A stretch of DNA of 64,000 nucleotides from an uncultured Chloroflexia bacterium (lineage in GTDB: Bacteria > Chloroflexota > Limnocylindria > Limnocylindrales > CSP1-4), in assembly GCA_963749705.1 (NCBI GenBank), contig CAVVNQ010000008.1, positions 128,001 through 192,000 on the forward strand. Direction: 5' to 3'. How positions within the stretch are numbered: position 1 is the stretch's first letter; each line of letters begins with the position of its first letter. Made by a program: the position numbers and the translations under genes. Below, in pieces: positions 9,244-17,665 of this stretch. The notes beneath the pieces are model-generated. The model was given only the letters and a program-made list of their open reading frames with translations. It made no database searches and had not been told where the DNA came from.

Positions 9244-10995
9244 TCAGGCGGGTTCAGGCGCCCCCGTCGACTGCGGCCCCCGGGCAGGCAGGAGCAGCGA
9301 GAACGCCACACCCAGGAGGACGAACCCCGTCGCGGCGAACCCCGCGAACCGCGTGGCATCCACGAACGCGCGCTCCACCGGCAGCGCCGTCGCCTGGAGC
9401 GACGCCAGGAACGCCGGGTCGCGGAAGCACGCCGCCTGGTCCGGTGGCAGCGCGGCCACACCCCCGGCGTACCCGGACTCGGCCGCCCGCGCCGGGTCCC
9501 TGAGCGCGGGCAGGACCTGGCCGGCGGATGCGTCCACCAGGTCCACGACCAGCGTCCGGCACACCGGGCTCACGTCGGGTACGGCCGCGGCGATGTTGTC
9601 GCCGCTCATCGTGACCAGGGTCGAGAACAGGATCGTGCCGAGGATCGCGATCCCCAGCGCGGACCCGACCTGGCGCAACGTCGAGTTGGCCCCGGATGCG
9701 ATCCCCGACAGCGAGACGGGAATGTCGGACAGCACGATGCTGGTCAGCTGCGCGGTGGCGAACCCGACCCCGACTCCGTACACGAACAACGGGATCACCA
9801 GCATCAGCCCGTTGACCGAGGTCGAGATCAGGAGGGTGGTCGCGAGGATCCCGACGGCCTCGAGCAGCATCCCGATCGTCACCACCCAGCGCGGACCGTA
9901 GCGGCGCGCGAGCGTCGCGGCGCCCGGAGCGGCGAAGAATGCCCCGACGGCGAGCGACAGGAACACGGCGCCGGTGTCGAACGCCGAGTAGCCGAGAACG
10001 CCCTGGAGGAACAGGGGAAGCGCGAACAGCAGCCCGAACTCGCCCAGCGACACGATGGTCCCGGCCAGGTTGCCGTACCGGAACCCGCGGTATCGCCACA
10101 GCGTGAAGTCGAACAGGTAGAAGCGCCCGGCCGCCCGCCGGCGTGATTCGACGACCGCGAACACCAGCAGCGCGATGATCCCGAGGCCGAGCGCGAACGG
10201 CGTGACCGACACGGTGTCCAGCGGCCAGCTCAAGCCGAGGACATCGAACGGGTGGCGCGGATTCGGCGTCCACCAGCCGTATGAACGGCCCTCGATCAGA
10301 CCGAACACGAACGCGCCCAGCCCGCCGGTGATCAGCAGGAACCCCGGCAGGTCAAACCCGGGCTTCGCGTGCTCGTCGCGCGACTCGCCGATGTAGTGGA
10401 GGGTGCCGGCGATCGCGACCAGGCCGACCGGGACGTTGACCAGGAACGCCCAGCGCCACGATGCGTACGTCGTGAGAAACCCGCCGAGGAGCGGGCCCAC
10501 GGCCGCGACGCCGCCGATCACCGAGCCCCAGATCCCGAACGCGATCGCCCGGTCCCGGCCCTGGAAGTTGGAGTTCAGGATCGCCTGCGTGGCGGGCAGG
10601 ATCATGGCCCCACCGACGCCCTGGAGCACCCGGGCCAGGATCAGCACGTCGCCGCTCGGCGCAAGACCCGCGAGCACGGACGCCGTGATGAACAGCCCCA
10701 GGCCGCCGAGGTACATCCGCCGCCGCCCGAACACGTCGCCCAGCCGGCCCAGGGTGATGAGCAGCGCCGCGAACACCAGCGCATAGATCGTGTTGACCCA
10801 CTCGGCCTGCGTGGAATCGAGGGCCAGCTCGCGGATGATCGAGGGGACGGCGACGTTCACGATCGTCGCGTCCACGATGATCATGGCCACGCCGATGCTG
10901 AGCAGCGCCAGGCCCACCCACCGGCCTCGACCGGCGGCGTGGATCGATGATGGTGCCGGTGTCCCGGGCGACCGTGTGTCGCGCCCCGATGCCAT
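9244..10995 (-). CDS. DHA2 family MFS efflux transporter
   Basis: DATIVNVAVP, GRLGDVFGRRR, GPLLGG, WRWAFLVNVPVG; many TM segments. Confidence 0.92.
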   Translation of the reverse strand: MASGRDTRSPGTPAPSSIHAAGRGRWVGLALLSIGVAMIIVDATIVNVAVPSIIRELALDSTQAEWVNTIYALVFAALLITLGRLGDVFGRRRMYLGGLGLFITASVLAGLAPSGDVLILARVLQGVGGAMILPATQAILNSNFQGRDRAIAFGIWGSVIGGVAAVGPLLGGFLTTYASWRWAFLVNVPVGLVAIAGTLHYIGESRDEHAKPGFDLPGFLLITGGLGAFVFGLIEGRSYGWWTPNPRHPFDVLGLSWPLDTVSVTPFALGLGIIALLVFAVVESRRRAAGRFYLFDFTLWRYRGFRYGNLAGTIVSLGEFGLLFALPLFLQGVLGYSAFDTGAVFLSLAVGAFFAAPGAATLARRYGPRWVVTIGMLLEAVGILATTLLISTSVNGLMLVIPLFVYGVGVGFATAQLTSIVLSDIPVSLSGIASGANSTLRQVGSALGIAILGTILFSTLVTMSGDNIAAAVPDVSPVCRTLVVDLVDASAGQVLPALRDPARAAESGYAGGVAALPPDQAACFRDPAFLASLQATALPVERAFVDATRFAGFAATGFVLLGVAFSLLLPARGPQSTGAPEPA

Positions 10996-11076
10996 GCGTG
11001 CCGCTCCTGACCAGCGGCCGTCGGGCGCCGCTACCGCCTGGGGTTTACCAGAGTGCCCCCGAGGCCCCCATTAAAC

Positions 11077-11108
11077 GAGATCGACGGGCCGGCCGGCCCG
11101 TCGATCTC
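11077..11108. repeat. Perfect 32-bp palindrome
   Basis: GAGATCGACGGGCCGG|CCGGCCCGTCGATCTC is exactly self-complementary; flanked by TAAAC and TTTG. Confidence 0.9.
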
Positions 11109-11289
11109 TTTGTGCCCGGTCAGCAGCGCGGATGGGAGGGGGGAGGAGAACTCCGCGACGCCGACGTTGGCCACAGTGTCGGGCGCCGGGGCGGGGCCGC
11201 GGACGTGCCGCTGCGCCCGCGGTTCCGGGACCCGCACAGGACGAACGGCCCCTCGGGTTCGGGTGAATCCCCGGACCGAGCGGCCCCCG

Positions 11290-11590
11290 CCAGGCCGGCG
11301 AACGGCGGATTGTCGGAGTGGCCGATCCCCATCGAGGGCAGGCGTCCCGGGTCGGCCGAGAACGCGCGCACCGCTTCGACGTACGCGGGGAGATGGACGC
11401 GCTCGAGCTCGGCATCCGTGGCGGGCTCGGTGGCCAGCCCGGGCCGAGCGCCGACCGCCGCGAGCAGGTCGATCCCCGGGCCGAACCGCAGCGGCGTCAG
11501 CGGATGGTGAGGTCCGAAGTCGTAGGCAAGCGAGCGTGGCCCGAACACCAGGAGGGGGCCGGCATCGGCGGGCGCGCCACGGGTCGACAC
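11290..11590 (-). pseudogene. acuC: Truncated AcuC/histone-deacetylase family gene (N-terminal ~100 codons only)
   Basis: YDFGPHHPLTPLRF, ATDAELERVH..YV, DNPPFAG. Similarity stops abruptly and the catalytic GGLHHA and DxDxHHGDG motifs are absent. Confidence 0.7.
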
Positions 11591-11668
11591 GTCGACGACG
11601 ATACCGCGCCCGCGAACGCGACCGCGAACAACCCGGTCCGCGAGTCCCGCCCGCTGTACCATCCGCGC

Positions 11669-11872
11669 ATGGACCTCATCGTCGTTCTGATCATCGCCCT
11701 GGTCCTCGTGATCATGTGGCGCGGCCCCAAGACGCTGCCCCTCCTCGGCCGGGCATTCGGGCAGGGCGTCAGGGAGGCGCGCAAGGAGATCGACGAGATC
11801 AAGCACGACGGGGCATCGAGCGACGGGACGTCCAACGACGGAACGTCGAGCGGCGGCGGCACTCCCGCCTGA
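11669..11872 (+). CDS. tatA: Twin-arginine translocase TatA/E subunit
   Basis: MDLIVVLIIALVLVIMWRGPKTLPLLGRAFGQGVREARK: TM helix, GP hinge, amphipathic helix. Confidence 0.8.
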   Translation: MDLIVVLIIALVLVIMWRGPKTLPLLGRAFGQGVREARKEIDEIKHDGASSDGTSNDGTSSGGGTPA

Positions 11873-11878
11873 CCGCGG

Positions 11879-13151
11879 CTACCCGCCGTGCGCCGGCCAG
11901 ACGGCCGGCAGCCCCAGGCGGCTGATCCCCGCCTCGTCGCGCCGCATCGCGGCCGTCGTCGACGGCGTTCGGGATCGCGCGGGACGGCCCCGGCCCGAAC
12001 AGGTCGCCGACCAGCAACCCGGCCTCCGTCGGCAGCTCGAACGCGAGGTGATCGGGATCGGGTGCCGGTGCCGCGTGCACGACGACGGGGACGTCCGCCA
12101 GGTCCAGCTGCTGGCCATCGTCAACGGGGCGGATGGGATCCGACAGGACGGCCGCCGACCCCGCCGACGCGAGCACCGGGATGCCCAGTCGCACCGCGAG
12201 CGCCGTCGATCCAGCTGCGTGATCGGGGGCAGCGGAGGTCAGCAGGATCCCGACGATCTGCGCGTCACGCGACGCCGCCAGGGCAAGGAACGCCTCCGCC
12301 GCCTCGTCTGACGGATCGCCGGGATCGACCACGAGCAGCCGGTGCCGCCCGATGACGTGGGCATTGACGCCCTGTCCTGGGATCGCACCCGCGCCCGACA
12401 GTCGGACGCGGGTCACCGCCGGGCCGAGCACCTCGACCATCGGCGCCGTGGTCGCCGCGACGGGCGTCAGGTACCTCGTCACGTCGTCCAGGGATCGGGC
12501 GAGCGCGAGCTGCTGGAGCGTGGTGCTGGTCGGCGGCCACAGGTCGATCCGCCCCGCCGCGCGTGCCTCGAGCGCGGCGCGCGGCGTGAGCCAGTCGTGC
12601 GCGGCAACCTCGCGTGCGTCGAGCAGGATCGTAGCGCGGTCCGGCAGCGCGGCAACGAAGAACCGGGCGTCGTAGCGACGGGTCACCCCGACCGGCGGCG
12701 TCACCCAGCGCGACAGCGGGACCAGCCGATCGGTGCGCAGCACGAGGTCCAGCCGCTCCGCAAGGTCGACGAACGGCAGCCCCGCGACCCTGGCGGCCTC
12801 GACCTCGGCCGGTGCAGGATCTCGTCCATCGGGCCCGGACGCGAGCAGCACGCCCGCCTCCTCGAACAGCTCGCGGATCGCCGCCACGTGGTGCGCCGCC
12901 GCGACGTCCGGGGCCAGCTCGCCGACCCAGGCGGCCGCGCATGCCGCAGCGGTGCGCGCCGACCGGGCGAGCAGCCGCGGATCGAGGTCCCCGGATTCGA
13001 CGCCACCGCCGGGAAACACGTGGAGACCCGGCCCGAAGTCCATCGTCCGGGGCCGGTGGGTCAGCAGGACCTCGATCCCGCCGGGGCCCGAGCGAAGCAG
13101 CGCGACGGTCGACGCGGCGCGGATCGGGAGCGCGGCCGCGGGGTCGCTCAC
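11879..13151 (-). CDS. NUDIX hydrolase fused to a metallo-beta-lactamase-fold domain; probable frameshift ~11955
   Basis: [14 protein letters not shown]...[24 protein letters not shown]. Then VVDPG, PDH, VGD; the alternative frame ends with WPAHG at 11879. Confidence 0.78.
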
Positions 13152-15337
13152 GTGCCCGCCAGCAGCGCCTCGAGCGCCTCCGGCTCGTTGACGGGCTGCC
13201 GGCACGCGAACTGCCGGCACACGAAGACCGTCGGCCGCTCGTTGAGCAGGAAGCGGTGGTGGAGCAGCGGGACGGCCGAGGGCTCGGGAGCCGGCGTGGT
13301 GTCGGGCACGGCCGGGACATCGGGCGGCGCGGTGGAATCGGGCTCGGCCGAAATGTCGGGCGACGCCGCGGGATCCGGCGGCGCGGTCATGGCCGTGACC
13401 CGGAAGGGGTGATAGCCGCGGGCCACGATGTCGATCAGCAATCGCGTCGCGGGATCGCCGGGATCGCCCACGATCGCGATCTCGGCGACGGTGGCGTGGG
13501 CGAGCTCGAGAGCACACAGCCACTGCGCGAACCCGGTCGGGTACCGCGCGAGGTACGGGCCGACCGTGGCGAGCGCGCCCTCGGCCGCTGCCCGATACCG
13601 GGCCGTGCCGGTGAGCGCACCGAGTCGCAGCAGCACGGTCGCGGCCATCGCACCTCCCGAGGGCGTCGCGTTGTCCTGGAGGTCCCGGGGCCGGACCACC
13701 AGCCGCTCGCCGTCACGGGCCGTGTCGAAGAAGCCGCCGGCCGGGTCGGCAAACCGCGCGAGGATCACCTCCGCGAGCGACACGCTCTCCCGGTACCAGC
13801 GCTCATCGAACGTCGCCTCGTACAGGGCAAGCAGTCCCTCGGCGAGATCCGCGTAGTCCTCGAGGACCCCGTCCGCCGACGCCCGGCCATCCTTCCACGA
13901 GCGGCGCAGCGCACCGTCGGCGGTACGCAGACCGCCAAGGACATCGGTTGCGGCGCGCTCCGCGGCCTCCCGGTAGCGCGCGCCGGCCTCGACCAGCGCA
14001 GGGTCGCCGGTCGGCGCGAGGACGCGGGCGGCGTCGGCGAGGGCGGCGATCGCCAGGCCATTCCACGCGGACAGCACCTTGTCGTCGCGGGCGGGCTGGG
14101 GCCGGAGCGACCGGCGGGCCAGCAGCGCCGAACGTGCGGCGGCCAGCCGGGTCGCGACCGAGGCCGCGGACGTGCCGAACCGCTCGGCCAGCTCCGCATC
14201 GTCGACGACCCGGGACAGGATGGTTCGTCCCTCCCAGTTGCCCGCATCGTCGACGCCGTACGCGGCCGCGAACAGGGCTGCGTCGCCGCCGAGGACCTCT
14301 CGAATCTCCGCCGCGGTCCACACGAAGGTGGCACCCTCCTCGCCCTCCGTGTCGGCATCCTGGCTGGCCGCGAAGCCGCCCCCGTCGGTGCGCAGCTCTC
14401 GGAGCAGGTAGTCGAGCGTGCCGAGCATGGTGTCGAGGTACGCGGCATCGCCCGTGAGCGCCCATGCATGGGCGTAGACCCGGGCAAGCTGGGCGTTGTC
14501 GTACAGCATCTGCTCGAAGTGCGGGACCAGCCACCGGGCGTCGGTGGAATAGCGATGGAACCCCCCACCCAGCTGGTCGTGGATGCCGCCCGCCGCCATC
14601 GCGTCCAGCGCCCGCCGTGCGACCTCCAGGACGCGGTCGTCGCCGGAGGCCGCGTGCCGGCGGAGCAGGAGCTCGATCGTCATCGGCTGCGGAAACTTCG
14701 GGGCGCTGCCCCAGCCGCCGTTGACCGCGTCGAATGCCTGGACGACCGTCGCGGCCGCCTGCTCGAGCACCTCCGCAGGCGGCGGGCCACCCGAGGCCGG
14801 CCCGGTCCGCTGCGCGTCGACCAGCGCCTGGACCAGCCGCTCGCCCGCCTGCTCCACCTCGGCACGCTGGCCCGCCCAGGCCGCCCGGACGCCCTCGAGC
14901 ACCTGGCGGAACGAGGGCATCCCGTGGCGCGGCGTGTCGGGGAAGTACGTGCCGCCGAAGAACGGCCGGCCCTCGGGCGTGATGAACACGCTCATCGGCC
15001 AGCCGCCCTGTCCGGTCATTGCCTGGATCGCGCCCATGTACAGCTGGTCGAGGTCCGGGCGCTCCTCACGGTCGACCTTGATCGCCACGAAGTGCGCGTT
15101 GAGGAACGCCGCGGTCGCCTCGTCCTCGAACAATTCGCGCTCCATCACGTGGCACCAGTGGCAGGCCGCATAGCCGATCGAGAGGAAGATCGGCCGGTCG
15201 AGCAGCTTTGCGCGCGCCAGGGCGTCGGGTCCCCAGGGGAACCAGTCGACCGGGTTGTGGGCATGCTGGAGCAGGTACGGGCTGGTCTCGCCGGCCAGCC
15301 GGTTGGTGCGAGGCGGGGGGCCCGGAACGCCTGCCAT
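13148..15337 (-). CDS. Thioredoxin-domain protein of the YyaL/SSP411 (DUF255) family
   Basis: [57 protein letters not shown]. Confidence 0.93.
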   Translation of the reverse strand: MAGVPGPPPRTNRLAGETSPYLLQHAHNPVDWFPWGPDALARAKLLDRPIFLSIGYAACHWCHVMERELFEDEATAAFLNAHFVAIKVDREERPDLDQLYMGAIQAMTGQGGWPMSVFITPEGRPFFGGTYFPDTPRHGMPSFRQVLEGVRAAWAGQRAEVEQAGERLVQALVDAQRTGPASGGPPPAEVLEQAAATVVQAFDAVNGGWGSAPKFPQPMTIELLLRRHAASGDDRVLEVARRALDAMAAGGIHDQLGGGFHRYSTDARWLVPHFEQMLYDNAQLARVYAHAWALTGDAAYLDTMLGTLDYLLRELRTDGGGFAASQDADTEGEEGATFVWTAAEIREVLGGDAALFAAAYGVDDAGNWEGRTILSRVVDDAELAERFGTSAASVATRLAAARSALLARRSLRPQPARDDKVLSAWNGLAIAALADAARVLAPTGDPALVEAGARYREAAERAATDVLGGLRTADGALRRSWKDGRASADGVLEDYADLAEGLLALYEATFDERWYRESVSLAEVILARFADPAGGFFDTARDGERLVVRPRDLQDNATPSGGAMAATVLLRLGALTGTARYRAAAEGALATVGPYLARYPTGFAQWLCALELAHATVAEIAIVGDPGDPATRLLIDIVARGYHPFRVTAMTAPPDPAASPDISAEPDSTAPPDVPAVPDTTPAPEPSAVPLLHHRFLLNERPTVFVCRQFACRQPVNEPEALEALLAGT

Positions 15338-15422
15338 GGGCCGATGGTAAACGCCGGAACCGGTGGCGCAACCGCGCGCGTGCCGAGATGACCCGCGCGG
15401 ACGACCGAGGTACGGTGTGCGC

Positions 15423-16136
15423 ATGACCAGCCGCTCCGTTGCCGGGTTCCTGCCGAGCGCCAACGGCTTCGCCTTTGCCAACGCCTGGCCCGCCGGGCCG
15501 ACGCTGCGCCTGGGCCCCATCCGGACGCCGATCCTCGGGTTCGGTGACGCCTCCGCCGGGCTCTGCGGCGGCATGGTCATGACGGTCCGCGACCTGTTCG
15601 AGGCCGGCATCGCGATGCCGCACGATCCGCAGCCCGCCAACGGGACCCGGCGGTTCGACGCCATCGTGCGCCGCCAGGTCGAGTCGCTCGACTGGCTGCG
15701 GGTGCCGCTCCGGTTCTTCGACCTCCAGGCGTTCCGCCCGGACCCCCCGACCGGGATCGCGAAGCTGCTCGGACGGCGCGTCCCCCGCGAGATCGCCGTA
15801 CGCGACGAATGGCCCCGGATCCGCGCCGACATCGACGGCGGTCACCTGCCGGTGCTCGGCCTGATCCGGATCAGCAGCCCGTCACCCTGGAACCTCACCC
15901 GCAACCACCAGGTGATCGCGTTCGGGTACGACGACACGCCGGAGCAGGTACGGATCGCGATCTACGACCCGAACCACCCGGGGCGCGACGACGTGGCGCT
16001 GGTCGTCGACATCGATGCCGACGGCTCCCGCTCCTGGCCGGACCGAATCCGCCTCGCGCAGTCGACGGGCGAGCCGCTGCTGGGCTTCTTCCGCCAGCCG
16101 TATCCACCGCCGGGATCGTTGCGCGCCTGGCGCTGA
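15423..16136 (+). CDS. Hypothetical protein with a putative papain-like Cys-His-Asp triad
   Basis: [28 protein letters not shown]; -10 TACGGT 6 nt before the ATG. Confidence 0.7.
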   Translation: MTSRSVAGFLPSANGFAFANAWPAGPTLRLGPIRTPILGFGDASAGLCGGMVMTVRDLFEAGIAMPHDPQPANGTRRFDAIVRRQVESLDWLRVPLRFFDLQAFRPDPPTGIAKLLGRRVPREIAVRDEWPRIRADIDGGHLPVLGLIRISSPSPWNLTRNHQVIAFGYDDTPEQVRIAIYDPNHPGRDDVALVVDIDADGSRSWPDRIRLAQSTGEPLLGFFRQPYPPPGSLRAWR

Positions 16137-16193
16137 GCGCGCCTGAGGTCTCGCTTCCGGGGGGCTTATGCGCCGCTCCGTCCGAGGATCGGG

Positions 16194-16787
16194 TCAGGGG
16201 TGGTAGAGGTTGCCTGCCTCGGATGGGCATGTCGAAGCGCACAGCCAGATGCCGAACGGAACGATGGCGGTGCGCGTGGATCCGCCGACGTCATAGGTCA
16301 CGGCCAGGGCCGGGCCGCCGGCCGCATCGCCTGAGCGCCGGGCGACCTGGACCGCGAGCTCGACGGTCCCTGCGGCGACGCTCAAAGGGGCAGTCTCGAC
16401 ATCGCGCGGACAGACACCCGATACCGTCTCAGGCGTGCCCGGGTCGAAGTCGAGGTGGAGGTCCTCGATCGTCGATCTCGCCGTGCCGAGCCCATCGAGC
16501 CCCCTCGTGAACGGGTTGGGCCGGGTGGCAAACGCCTGAACCTCGATGTCGCCGATGGGCTGGTGGACCGCGACCGAGCGGATCGTCGCGCTGCCGGATG
16601 CGGAGACGCACAGCATCACGTGGCCGAAGGACATGGGCGTATTGAGCGGCACCTCGCCGAGCGCGATGCTGACCGACGTCCCGGCGTCGCCCACCATGCG
16701 CAGCTCCGGCGATGAGCCACAGGCGGCGACCACCAGCGCGAGCGCCACCAGCAACGCCCCGATGAGGCTCCGGCCAAATTGGCTCAT
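16194..16787 (-). CDS. Putative lipoprotein, hypothetical
   Basis: Signal peptide with lipobox VAAC; beta-rich mature region with four further Cys. Confidence 0.65.
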   Translation of the reverse strand: MSQFGRSLIGALLVALALVVAACGSSPELRMVGDAGTSVSIALGEVPLNTPMSFGHVMLCVSASGSATIRSVAVHQPIGDIEVQAFATRPNPFTRGLDGLGTARSTIEDLHLDFDPGTPETVSGVCPRDVETAPLSVAAGTVELAVQVARRSGDAAGGPALAVTYDVGGSTRTAIVPFGIWLCASTCPSEAGNLYHP

Positions 16788-16974
16788 ATCGTCGCCGCCC
16801 CATTCGCGATCCGGTCGCCCTGCATCCTGCCGCTCGGACCGGAGCAGTCAAGGGCCGGGTGGGGCATGAGGCAGGTCCCTCGTGGCGCGTTGCTACCGCC
16901 GGACCCTGAGCGTCGTTCGGCCCTGTCGCCCGGCGCGCCGACCGGACACGATTCGCCTGCGCAGGAGGCTACCG

Positions 16975-17628
16975 ATGACCCCATCGCCCACGTCGTCGAC
17001 CGCGTCGCCCACGGTCGAGTTCGAACACCCGGCCACGCGGGCGCAGGAGCTGGCCGGAAGGCCCGGCGTGGTCCGGCTGCTCGACCTGCCCGAGCGGCGA
17101 TGCGTGATGATCGACGGCGAGGGCCCGGCGGGTGAGGCCGCGTTCGCGCCCCGCATGCCCGGGTTGTACACGACCGCCTGGACGCTGCGGTTTGCGCTCA
17201 AGGGGCGCGGCCTCGTCACGAAGGTGGGACCGCTCGAGGGCCAGTGGTGGACGATCGACGGCGTGACGGACCTGGACGCGATCTTTGGCGACGGTGAGCG
17301 TGGCACGTGGCGCTGGACGCTGCTCATCGTCCTGCCGGACGAGGCGACCGTCGCCGAATGCGACGCCGCGGTTGCCGCCGGCCGAGCGAAGGTCGCCGAA
17401 CCATTCGCGGCGTCGCTTCGCATCGAGCCGTTCTCGGAGGGTCGCGCGGCGCAGGTGCTCCATCTCGGGTCGTATGCCGACGAGCGGCCGACGATCGAGC
17501 GGCTCCATGCGGCGATCGCCGATGCGGGGCTCCATCCGGCCGGTCGCCATCACGAGATCTACCTCGGCATCCCCGGCCGCGGCGATCCGACCAGGCTGCG
17601 CACGATCCTCCGCCAGCCGGTTGCCTGA
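16975..17628 (+). CDS. GyrI-like small-molecule-binding domain protein
   Basis: MIDGEG, PLEGQWW, WRWTLLI, AQVLHLGSY, GRHHEIYL, LRTILRQPV. Confidence 0.85.
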   Translation: MTPSPTSSTASPTVEFEHPATRAQELAGRPGVVRLLDLPERRCVMIDGEGPAGEAAFAPRMPGLYTTAWTLRFALKGRGLVTKVGPLEGQWWTIDGVTDLDAIFGDGERGTWRWTLLIVLPDEATVAECDAAVAAGRAKVAEPFAASLRIEPFSEGRAAQVLHLGSYADERPTIERLHAAIADAGLHPAGRHHEIYLGIPGRGDPTRLRTILRQPVA

Positions 17629-17665
17629 TCGCGGGTCGCCACCGCGCAGGCCGATCCGCCGTGGG

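Noticed and set aside
11220-11290. c-di-AMP (ydaO) riboswitch suggested by CCCGAACCCG and GGGTGAA
   Set aside because: The two motifs are on opposite strands and the following conserved CAGCTAAC segment is missing.
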